This document shows positions 32,092-41,061 of a DNA stretch of 64,000 bases, one piece after another. How positions within the stretch are numbered: position 1 is the stretch's first letter; each line of letters begins with the position of its first letter. The stretch is from Spirochaetota bacterium (GTDB lineage: Bacteria; Spirochaetota; UBA4802; UBA5550): positions 3,104,001 to 3,168,000 of the forward strand of contig CAXXHB010000003.1 in NCBI GenBank assembly GCA_963664815.2, in the 5' to 3' direction. The position numbers were made by a program, and so were the translations under genes. The notes beneath the pieces were generated by a model. It had not been told where the DNA came from and did no database searches. It saw only the letters and a list, made by a program, of their open reading frames with translations.

Positions 32092-33858
32092 TCAAATATT
32101 CAGCTGGTTTCCTGTAATCTGTTTTAAAAGTTCCATTGCCGCTTCTTCCGGGCCGTTCATTTCATAACCCGAAATTCCAAGCCTCGTTCTGATCTGTCCG
32201 ACAAAAACATCTCCGGCAAAAAATGCATCAAAGAATCTCACAGCAAGTTTATCGTGAAGATCCCTGTACTGCGGTGGCCCGAATATATTCGCAAAGTATG
32301 AATGAACTATCCCGGTTGAAGTGGTTGTCCCCTTGCTCATAACCATCCCTTCCCTGAAAACATGGAAAGCATGATCAACTGATGTAAACCTTTCGATTAT
32401 CGGATGATATTCATCAACCTGTTCGTAATTGTTTGCATAGAGAACCATATCAATTTTATATCCTTTTATCACAGCAGCATATGTTGTGACCGGGAGTATT
32501 ATCCTCGCATTTACTTTCGTGGCACTCATGAGAATCGATCTGTCTATCTGTCCAAAGGCGTATCCCGGTTTGAGATCGTCAATACGCAGGAATGCGCCTA
32601 TTTCAGTTCCGCAGGCAACTACATCTCCGTTTTCCTTAAGTTCGAGGGAACCCATATCATCGGCAACTACAATCATATCCCGCATGTACTCACGTCCGGC
32701 ATTACGGAATGCTTCAAGTGTTTCAGACTTCCCCGCACCCGTATCGCCCATAAGAAGAATTGTGGATTCTTTATCACCCTTCAGCAGTACTTTGACAAGC
32801 GCTCCATGAAACGGAAGTCTCCCTCTTTTCATCATAATAGCATTATGAAGAGTCAATACCATCTTTTTCAGATATCCGAAATAACCGAACATATCACGGT
32901 TGGGACATGCTCCGACCATAATTCCCTCTTTTTCATCATCAAAGAATACAACCGGAATTTCATCAAATCTGTCAAGTTTATCACCCGGCACACCAAAAAG
33001 GAAAATAGCATCCGGTTTAATCGAAAGATCGGCATCATCAGCAAGTTCAAAAAGATTACACAGGGAAAAGCCCAGTTCATAGAATGATTCATGAAAGTAT
33101 ATATTTACCACGAGTTCCCCAACTTTCGCAGGGTAGCATATCCACTCAATACTGTTTATCCCAATCAGGTCGAGCGGATTCTCTTCTATTTTAATAAAGC
33201 TCCCGGATCTCTTATTACTCCTTGGTTCAAGAATCACAGGAGGATTAAGAAGTATCTGCCGTATAATCCTTATATCTGAAAGCTTTTCAAAGGAACCTTC
33301 AGGGTATGGTACCTTCCAGGGAATCCCTATAGCGGCAATACCGGCACCAGCGGATAACTGTCTGTATATCCGGGGATGAGTACCGGTAATATTCTCCTGT
33401 ATGTCACGGTATGCACCCATTACAAGATCATTAAGTTTTTCAACAGTCTGGTTGAATGTCCGGTATGGTCTCCTGTCAAGATTATCCCCTTCAGAATCGC
33501 ATATCACATAACGTTCAAAGCTCCTCCAGTAATTATAAAGATTTTCTATAAAATCATTCAGCAGCTGTATATCCCGGAGGAACATGGCCGATTCGGGAAT
33601 TATTTTCGGGATATAGCTTCCATCAAGCCTTATAAGGTTCTTCAGGGTTATATGCAGTATATGTATCTTTTCTTCAGTAATTTCCCCTTCAAAGATATTC
33701 AGAAATCTCGACTGATGTCCATCAAGCTCTTTAATAAACCTGTTGAGTATCCTTACAAAAAGTTCACTCTGCAGCAACTCTTCTCTTGTCTCGCACAAGC
33801 GTCCCTTTGTATGGATAATAATCTTGTTTTCTATTTCCCTGTAACTTGTTATAGCCAT
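32092..33858 (-). CDS. PEP-carboxykinase-like protein (PEPCK/HprK P-loop superfamily)
   Basis: YFGYLKKM, LPFHGA, P-loop GDTGAGKSET, VADDMG, NARI; AAGGAG SD. Confidence 0.75.
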   Translation of the reverse strand: MAITSYREIENKIIIHTKGRLCETREELLQSELFVRILNRFIKELDGHQSRFLNIFEGEITEEKIHILHITLKNLIRLDGSYIPKIIPESAMFLRDIQLLNDFIENLYNYWRSFERYVICDSEGDNLDRRPYRTFNQTVEKLNDLVMGAYRDIQENITGTHPRIYRQLSAGAGIAAIGIPWKVPYPEGSFEKLSDIRIIRQILLNPPVILEPRSNKRSGSFIKIEENPLDLIGINSIEWICYPAKVGELVVNIYFHESFYELGFSLCNLFELADDADLSIKPDAIFLFGVPGDKLDRFDEIPVVFFDDEKEGIMVGACPNRDMFGYFGYLKKMVLTLHNAIMMKRGRLPFHGALVKVLLKGDKESTILLMGDTGAGKSETLEAFRNAGREYMRDMIVVADDMGSLELKENGDVVACGTEIGAFLRIDDLKPGYAFGQIDRSILMSATKVNARIILPVTTYAAVIKGYKIDMVLYANNYEQVDEYHPIIERFTSVDHAFHVFREGMVMSKGTTTSTGIVHSYFANIFGPPQYRDLHDKLAVRFFDAFFAGDVFVGQIRTRLGISGYEMNGPEEAAMELLKQITGNQLNI

Positions 33859-33923
33859 TTTTATCTCTCCTTTAAAAACAGGGTTGCCGGGAATTCCAAC
33901 CGGTACGATGTTTTTTATTCCCG

Positions 33924-34050
33924 AAAAAACGAAAAAAGCCGGCGCTTATGCAACCCGCTTCATTACTCCGTGTATTCATTACACCGGATAACAGAAAAAG
34001 AAGGCAACATAAAAGCCGGCTTACCATCAACTGCCCCGAGGGCCTTTGAT
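33924..34050 (-). ncRNA. Candidate cis-regulatory leader RNA (hairpin plus long intrinsic terminator, attenuator-like)
   Basis: AUCAA-AG-GCCC-UCG-GGGC-AG-UUGAU hairpin, then AAGCCGGC...GCCGGCUU long interrupted stem followed by U6-CG-U6, ending about 65 nt before the start codon. Confidence 0.65.
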
Positions 34051-34083
34051 AAATCTTCCGTGTTTAATTTTTAATTAAGAGCG

Positions 34084-34111
34084 ATAAAAACACCATCACT
34101 AAAACGGTCAA
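34084..34111 (-). promoter_or_regulatory. Possible sigma70 promoter for the leader and PEPCK-like gene
   Basis: TTGACC-N16-TTTTAT with a TG extension. Confidence 0.35.
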
Positions 34112-34166
34112 CCATTTTTTTAGTTCACCCGGATTTTTTAAAATTAACTTGTTTCTTCGGACTTTA

Positions 34167-34541
34167 TTATTTTTTACATTTATCTTCAAAATTCTGCTCA
34201 AGCGTAAAAAGAATAATCCGTTCATCTGCTTCAGTGCTCAAATCAGTATAAAGGCTTTTCACTTTAAGCCCGGTAATATCAAAAATAATCGCTTCAAGCA
34301 AAGGCTTTGCATTTTCAAGAAGCATAATACGAACCTGCTTTATCAGCGAATGCCCTTCGTCATTTTTTGTAAGCTGCTCCTCTGCTTTTGTCAGAACACC
34401 CTTTAATCTGACGACAATCATGTCATCAATGATGTATGATTTAGTCTCCACGGGACCACGCCCCATGTACTCCTTTTCAAATCTAATCATTGCTGCACAA
34501 ATCTCGGCCTCAATCATACCCTTTGTTTTTACCTGTATCAT
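34167..34541 (-). CDS. DUF2294 / MpsC-family protein
   Basis: GRGPVETKSYIIDDMIVVRLKGVLTKAEEQL...LIKQVR...ITGLKVKSLYTDLS...ERIILFTL matches the family pattern as I recall it. Confidence 0.85.
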   Translation of the reverse strand: MIQVKTKGMIEAEICAAMIRFEKEYMGRGPVETKSYIIDDMIVVRLKGVLTKAEEQLTKNDEGHSLIKQVRIMLLENAKPLLEAIIFDITGLKVKSLYTDLSTEADERIILFTLEQNFEDKCKK

Positions 34542-34691
34542 TAAAACAGTTCTCTCTTATTTATCATTAATTTCTGCAAATTACGCGAACTCCGGTTCTG
34601 TCGGCATGGTGTCTCATATTGAATCAATAATGGGGTTGAAGGTCAAATCTCCAGCAAACCCTGATCATCACCCACATAGTGTACGCAGGAA

Positions 34692-35624
34692 TCACAAAGC
34701 GGTCATCATATCATAACTCCTGAAAATGTTTTTAAGCATCGGATCTGTCACTACCGCAAGTACTACGCTCTTTTCCAAGTCATCCATGAAAACCTTTTCT
34801 CCGGCAAAGTATTCGACAGCCTTCACCGGATCTGGGAGATCCCTCACCATATTCACAAGGAATGACAGTCTCTGCATGTCCCTCTTCTCAAAAGGCAAAC
34901 CTTTCTCCCTGTTAAAATCTGTTCTTTCCCTGTACTGTTTAAGTATATCGCTGAGTTTACCGAACTGCTGAAGATCAAGCCTGTACTTTTCAATGAAATC
35001 CATCGTAAGAGCCTCGCCGGTATCAACTTCCGCCATCATAAGAATAATATACTGAAAGAGATGATAGTTTCTTGATATAATAGATCTTAAGATTTCATCC
35101 GGAAGTTTGATGAATGAGCCGATAAATGATTTCATACCTTTTATCTTCAGGAAATATGTATTCAGCATCTCATTATCAAACTTTGTAAGTATCATAAACA
35201 GCAAAAGTTTATCATTGTTTATATAAGTCGAATTAAGCGCAAGATCAAGAAGTCTCTTATTATCAAGGAAAAAAAGTATTTCATCAAGTACCCTGTCAAT
35301 GGAATTATCATACATCATGCAGTATCCGAATACAAACATTATCAGCCGTTCAAGTTTATCGAGTGTAAATTTTTCGGAATTAATATACTTTTGAAGATGT
35401 TCCATGTCGCGGAACAGCATAAGAAAATATATAAACTGCTGGTTCACCTCATAATCATCAGAAGCAAACACATTATCCACAAGCTCCAGAAATTCATCGA
35501 GTGTTATATTTTCAAAAATCGGTTTGACCTTGTTGATCTGCGGAAAAGATGAATCACTCATGATCGCTTCAATATAAAAAAGCTGATATCTGCTAACCTC
35601 GCCTTCTCTGACTTCTGTATCCAT
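34692..35624 (-). CDS. Hypothetical helical protein
   Basis: 310-aa ORF, co-oriented and closely spaced with the upstream ORF; no recognisable motif. Confidence 0.75.
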   Translation of the reverse strand: MDTEVREGEVSRYQLFYIEAIMSDSSFPQINKVKPIFENITLDEFLELVDNVFASDDYEVNQQFIYFLMLFRDMEHLQKYINSEKFTLDKLERLIMFVFGYCMMYDNSIDRVLDEILFFLDNKRLLDLALNSTYINNDKLLLFMILTKFDNEMLNTYFLKIKGMKSFIGSFIKLPDEILRSIISRNYHLFQYIILMMAEVDTGEALTMDFIEKYRLDLQQFGKLSDILKQYRERTDFNREKGLPFEKRDMQRLSFLVNMVRDLPDPVKAVEYFAGEKVFMDDLEKSVVLAVVTDPMLKNIFRSYDMMTAL

Positions 35625-35638
35625 CCGGTTTTACACTC

Positions 35639-36202
35639 TCATTTAATCTTTTGAAGTTTATCAACAGCAAGCCAGAAATTCCGGTTATCTATGCCGTTTT
35701 TCAGATAAGCTGTAATAAGGTTCCTGATATCGGGAGAAAAGGCATCCCAGTATATTCGGGCCCATCCTTCAGGTAGTTGTGCCTGGTCTTTTTTTGACAT
35801 CGTTCCGGTACTGTAACTAATAAACTGTACAATCATGCTTTTAAGAATTTCAGGGGGAATTATTTTGGATATATTCTTCTTTTTTTCAGGAACCATCTGT
35901 TTTATTATAGCAGCTAGTTCTTTCTGTGTTATATCAGGCTTATACTGATACGCAAGCTGCACTACAAGGTCCTTTGCCATCTTCTTGATGTTAATATCCG
36001 CCATTCCAAGTTGTTCATTTATCTGCCGTGACATGTTCCTGGCGAGCTTGTTGACATCCATATTAAATCCGCCTGTTTTAAAATCTTCCATACACACTTT
36101 CTGCCGCGATTTAAGCAGGTCATTTAACTCTCTTCTCTCTTCGGGAGTGGCGTTCTTTAAATAATCTTCCAGGATTTGTCTTTTTTTATCATCAAAGCTC
36201 AT
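35639..36202 (-). CDS. Hypothetical protein
   Basis: 187-aa ORF with GGGGA SD; no recognisable motif. Confidence 0.75.
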   Translation of the reverse strand: MSFDDKKRQILEDYLKNATPEERRELNDLLKSRQKVCMEDFKTGGFNMDVNKLARNMSRQINEQLGMADINIKKMAKDLVVQLAYQYKPDITQKELAAIIKQMVPEKKKNISKIIPPEILKSMIVQFISYSTGTMSKKDQAQLPEGWARIYWDAFSPDIRNLITAYLKNGIDNRNFWLAVDKLQKIK

Positions 36203-36538
36203 AATAAACTATCCCCAATAGTTAAGCATTCTTCACCCATCATTTTCTGCGAATTAAAACGCCAGAATACCATTGATCCCTTTTTCACTGCGCCTGTGAC
36301 AATGTAAAATTTCCTTAAAAGATTTTTTAAGTAATTAAAAGTATAGTAATTATTCGTTATACAAAAGCAATTATTTTTTATTAAAGAGCGACGAATCGGC
36401 CGGAATTGTTCAGATGGTTCGATCAGAGATGGACAGCATTTTCTCTACTCCGGTTTAAAATCCGGTAATTTTCGGAACATTTATCCCGATATTCCCACTG
36501 GTGATTACATTATATCGTATCTATAACAACTGAAGCTG

Positions 36539-36979
36539 TTAAAAAAATGTGTTCCATCCTCCAAGTATTCCACCCATTATTGTAAAAGACAATGTAGCGT
36601 AACCGCAATCAATAAAGTAGAGTGCCGCAGGCCTTCGTTCGAAAGTGTATATTATTGATATAAACATGCTGACCCAGAAAAATCCTGTTCCAAATCCCGA
36701 AATAAGTCCATGGGTAAATGTCGGCTGCGCGGTAATGAACATTCCCAGGAGAAATGCTGCAATAAAATTCATCAGTATTGTAACAATATAAACTGCATAA
36801 GTATTTCTCTTCCTGAGTAACCTTCCGGTAAGATGGCTATCCTTTGTCCATCTTTCGCCGAATAAAAATGGTGAATACCATAATGCCATAAAAAAATATG
36901 ATACAACAGTTGCGGTAATAACAGATCTTAAACTCAATGATTGAAACGCTGCAACAAATTCCATATAGTCCTCTCTCAT
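36539..36979 (-). CDS. DUF1761-like membrane protein
   Basis: ALWYSPFLFGERW, YTFERRP..LYFIDCGY, four TM helices. Confidence 0.8.
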   Translation of the reverse strand: MREDYMEFVAAFQSLSLRSVITATVVSYFFMALWYSPFLFGERWTKDSHLTGRLLRKRNTYAVYIVTILMNFIAAFLLGMFITAQPTFTHGLISGFGTGFFWVSMFISIIYTFERRPAALYFIDCGYATLSFTIMGGILGGWNTFF

Positions 36980-37134
36980 GCCGCAGTCATTTCACAAATC
37001 AATACCACGGCAATTGTTTTATAATTATAGTATACCGCTTTTAAGAGAAACTATCTATAATTATTTTTAATACTTAAATTTAGGAACTGTCGGCATTATT
37101 TTGAAAATGAATGGAAGAACTATATTCTGTTTTG

Positions 37135-37174
37135 TTTTCACTCCTCCGGAATTTGAACCGGAATGGAGTGAAAA
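37135..37174. terminator. Stem-loop, probable terminator
   Basis: TTTTCACTCC-TCCGG...CCGGA-AT-GGAGTGAAAA, downstream of the small basic ORF. Confidence 0.55.
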
Positions 37175-37216
37175 CTTTATCAGACAGTATTACCTGAAGC
37201 AGTAAATGCGCTAAAA

Positions 37217-37324
37217 TTATTCTTTTTTAGCTTTCTTTTCCTTTTTCTCTAACCGCTTTTCCTTAATGGACTTTTCCGGTTTTTTCTTCTCTTCGGTTTT
37301 TGTCTTGTCTTTGCCTTTTCCCAT
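37217..37324 (-). CDS. Small lysine-rich protein (35 aa)
   Basis: Manual translation MGKGKDKTKTEEKKKPEKSIKEKRLEKKEKKAKKE; GGGGG SD; downstream stem-loop. Confidence 0.65.
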   Translation of the reverse strand: MGKGKDKTKTEEKKKPEKSIKEKRLEKKEKKAKKE

Positions 37325-37571
37325 TACAGACCCCCTGTCCGATTATATTAAATTATAAAAATATTAAATATAAACTGTTCATTCTATGATAATCAAATCG
37401 TAAAATTTGTCCAGAATATTAATTCATTTTTTTAAAAAGCTTAATGCTCCGCCAGCAGGATATACTGCAATATGAAAAAATTTTTTAACACATCTGATCT
37501 TTATAATAGCCATTATACTCAATAACAGATCAGGATCTGATGTTTCTATAATATTCTCACTTCATAATAAT

Positions 37572-40500
37572 TTGTTGATTTATTCTACAATTGTTTTACC
37601 TTTAATACATGATTCTTTCAGAATCATGGGAGAAATCTTTGTGACAGGGATCATTTCAGGACTGACTTCAACATTTTTTTTAACCCAGCTCTCCGTCGGT
37701 TCAATTATACTGACAGTATTTGGACTTTCGGCTGCGGTTTTTTTTCTGCGTCCCGGCAATAAAACACCAGCAACATCGCATTTGGGCCTTGCATTTCTGT
37801 TTTTTGCTGTATTTCATTTTGCCTATTTTTTTGCCTTCAGTTTTTATCATCCATTTACTGCATTTCACAGGTGGCTTACCGTAACATTTGTGCTGCTTAA
37901 CGAGATACACATGACTCGTTACATTTTATGCTTCCCCGATGACAGAAACAGCAAACTGGCCAATATTGTATTACTTATACAATATATAATATCAATCCCG
38001 ATAATACTGTTTTTTTTCATGTCCACATACTCCGCATATCCTGTATTCCGTTTTGATGGTCACTATTGGGATTTCAATGCCGGTTTTTCTAGCAGCCTTG
38101 TCGGTCTTCTCATAGTTCTCAACAATATTACCTATATCATCTTTTTTGCATTCAGACTTATTCAGCTGAAAAAAAAAGAATTCAACTGGATGCTTTTTAC
38201 GGGAGCAGTTTTCATTATCGGTTCAATTATACCCGCTTTTTTAAACACAATGAATCTTCACGGTTATATCATGAGGGAGTCTTTTCAGACCATTACCAAT
38301 ATGTCACATCTTTTCATGTTTACCCTCCTGGCTTTAGCACATCTCAGCATGACTAAAGACCGTTTTACTTTTATGGGTAAAATCGCAGGGATCACCACCG
38401 TGACCTTTTTCACAATTTTCATAGTAAATGCACATTTTACTTTCATCGAGATGGAGAATACTTTCACAAAATTAAAATACTACGACTTAAAGATTGGTCT
38501 TCACGATGAAACGAACAAAGGGAATTTGATGTTTTTAAACTGCTACTCATTCAGGACTAACAACTTTCTCAATTGTGACAGCATTTTTAAAAACAGGGAT
38601 AAATCATTATCACCGGATTTCTACAGCAGATCTGAATACTTCAACACTGCCGTCTACGAAAAGATAAAAAACCTTCCGGATAATAACTTCGATGAAAATC
38701 TTAACTCAATAATGTCGAAGGGTGACGAATATTTTTCATGCTATAAAAGATTTATACTCTCAGTCAATAAATCACTGCCTGAAAATATCAAAAACAGGGG
38801 CGGTATAATATGCCGCAGGATAGACTCTATACAGGGCTACCTGCAGTACAACTACAACCATATACGCCATCTTCCTGAAAACGGTTTCCGCAGAGCCCTC
38901 CTGCTTCACCTGAAAAAAACATCGCCGGATTTCAGCGATTTCAGCAGCACAATCATTTCATATATTGAAACCTCCCCTGTTACAGATAATGAAAGCCTGA
39001 GGCATAATGTTCTCCATTTTATTGAAAATATGCAGCCTTCCGGTTCACAAAGGTTCAGAGAAATCCAGAACGAGACACATCTTGTATCCTCATTCTTTTA
39101 CGATGCACAATCAGGTTTAGTTTATGAAGGCATGTTCAGCTACCTGTCATACAGAGAATTCATGCATGGACCAGCACTCAGGATGATTCTGCTGATGATC
39201 GGAGTCATGCTCTTCATTGTTCTTGTATATCCATTCTTCTTTTTATGGTCGGTTTATATCCCGCTTAATGCTCTTCTCGGAGGAGTAAAAAAAGTTATTG
39301 ATGACGATCTCGATTTTACTGCCCCGGTATATTCCGAAGATGAAATAGGTTTTATAACCGGATCATTCAACAACATGGTTACCAGATTGAAGGAGAACAG
39401 AGATACAATTTCCAGATCCGAGACTAGGTTCAGGGAACTCAATGATCTCCTACCTGACATTATTTACGAAACAGACATGAACCTTAATATAATTTACATG
39501 AATAAAGCAGGATTTAACCGGACTGGATACACTGATGACGACATATCAAACGGGCTTTCATTCCGTCAGCTGCTTAATAAAGATGAAATAAACCTGCTTG
39601 AACAATTCATAAATAATAATTCAGTCCAATGTACAGGGATATTCAGCCGCACACATGATCTTTTAACTAAAAACGGCAACATTTTCAAGGGAGAAACCCG
39701 CGCGGTATTTATCTGCAATAACACAATACCATCGGGGCTTCGCGGTATAATCCGTGATGTTACAGACAAGCTCAGAACCGAAGACGCGCTGCTGCAGCTT
39801 CAGAAAATGGAAACGATCGGAACACTGATTGCCGGGCTCACTCATGATTTCAACAATATTCTTGGCGGGATAACCGGGCCACTGTCTCTCCTTATGTTTT
39901 CAATTCAGAAAAAAGGAGCAGTTTCTTCCGAGAAGCTTGATATGCACCTGAATACAATGAATGAATCGGTTAAAAGGGCCACAGAACTTGTACAGCAGCT
40001 TGTCTTCCTTTCCAGGAAGGAAGATACCAATCTTACACCTGTAGATATAAAATCGTCTATAGAACATATTACACGAATCTGTTCAAGCGCATTTGACAAG
40101 AATATTGAAATAATTAAACATATCCCGGATGAAGAGATTACCGTCAGGGCAGACCCTACACAGATTGAGCAAATGCTTCTTAATATCTGTATAAACGCAA
40201 GTCATGCAATGACTATCATGCGCGGATCAGATGAACAGTATGGCGGCAAGCTGATTATATCTCTTGACAGAATCAATGCCGATGAACATTTCAGGGTAAC
40301 ACATCCTGATGCCGCAGATGAACTCTACTGGAAAATATCTATAACAGATACCGGTGTCGGTATGGACAGCAATACTATATCAAAAATCTTTATTCCTTTC
40401 TATACTACAAAAGAAAGAGGAACCGGTACAGGTCTGGGACTTGCCATGGCTTATAACATAGTCAGGCATCACCGCGGATTTATTGATGTGTACTCCGAAC

Positions 40501-40967
40501 CCGGATCAGGAACAACCTTTAACATCTATCTCCCGATCCAGTCCGGTGGAAACCGTATGTCATCAGCGGGAGTTGAAACATTTATACCACGTGGTGAAGG
40601 TAAAATCCTTATCGCTGATGATGAAGAATCAATACTGCTTACCTCAAGATTAATGCTCGAACGATGCGGTTATACTGTCCTGAGTGCCTGTGACGGCGCC
40701 GAGGCTTTAAAAATTTACAGTGAAAATTCTGATGAAATAAAAGCAGTTGTACTTGATTTTGTAATGCCGAAAATGTCCGGCGAACAGGTTTACCGGAAAT
40801 TGATAAAAATCAATCCCGATGTCAAAGTATTACTGGCATCGGGAATGTTGAACGATGACAGAATTGAAAGGCTGTCAATCAGCCGCGGATGTCTTTTTAT
40901 TCAGAAGCCTTACACTTTTGAAAATCTGGCCGTGGCAATATTTAAGTTACTCAACAATATCTGCTGA
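37572..40967 (+). CDS. Membrane hybrid histidine kinase (multi-TM sensor, extracytoplasmic domain, HAMP, PAS, HisKA, HATPase, REC)
   Basis: HAMP PLNALL...DEIGFITGSFNNM; H-box GLTHDFNNILG; GTGLGL; REC ILIADDE...VLDFVMP. The real start is probably GTG 37641 (GGAGA SD). Confidence 0.92.
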   Translation: MLIYSTIVLPLIHDSFRIMGEIFVTGIISGLTSTFFLTQLSVGSIILTVFGLSAAVFFLRPGNKTPATSHLGLAFLFFAVFHFAYFFAFSFYHPFTAFHRWLTVTFVLLNEIHMTRYILCFPDDRNSKLANIVLLIQYIISIPIILFFFMSTYSAYPVFRFDGHYWDFNAGFSSSLVGLLIVLNNITYIIFFAFRLIQLKKKEFNWMLFTGAVFIIGSIIPAFLNTMNLHGYIMRESFQTITNMSHLFMFTLLALAHLSMTKDRFTFMGKIAGITTVTFFTIFIVNAHFTFIEMENTFTKLKYYDLKIGLHDETNKGNLMFLNCYSFRTNNFLNCDSIFKNRDKSLSPDFYSRSEYFNTAVYEKIKNLPDNNFDENLNSIMSKGDEYFSCYKRFILSVNKSLPENIKNRGGIICRRIDSIQGYLQYNYNHIRHLPENGFRRALLLHLKKTSPDFSDFSSTIISYIETSPVTDNESLRHNVLHFIENMQPSGSQRFREIQNETHLVSSFFYDAQSGLVYEGMFSYLSYREFMHGPALRMILLMIGVMLFIVLVYPFFFLWSVYIPLNALLGGVKKVIDDDLDFTAPVYSEDEIGFITGSFNNMVTRLKENRDTISRSETRFRELNDLLPDIIYETDMNLNIIYMNKAGFNRTGYTDDDISNGLSFRQLLNKDEINLLEQFINNNSVQCTGIFSRTHDLLTKNGNIFKGETRAVFICNNTIPSGLRGIIRDVTDKLRTEDALLQLQKMETIGTLIAGLTHDFNNILGGITGPLSLLMFSIQKKGAVSSEKLDMHLNTMNESVKRATELVQQLVFLSRKEDTNLTPVDIKSSIEHITRICSSAFDKNIEIIKHIPDEEITVRADPTQIEQMLLNICINASHAMTIMRGSDEQYGGKLIISLDRINADEHFRVTHPDAADELYWKISITDTGVGMDSNTISKIFIPFYTTKERGTGTGLGLAMAYNIVRHHRGFIDVYSEPGSGTTFNIYLPIQSGGNRMSSAGVETFIPRGEGKILIADDEESILLTSRLMLERCGYTVLSACDGAEALKIYSENSDEIKAVVLDFVMPKMSGEQVYRKLIKINPDVKVLLASGMLNDDRIERLSISRGCLFIQKPYTFENLAVAIFKLLNNIC

Positions 40968-41061
40968 AAAAAATTAATTCTCCGGTTGAAATCGCTTTCA
41001 GCTTATCATAAAATGAATCTGCCAGGAACTGTAACTGCCACCTCATCCTGAAGCTCATATT

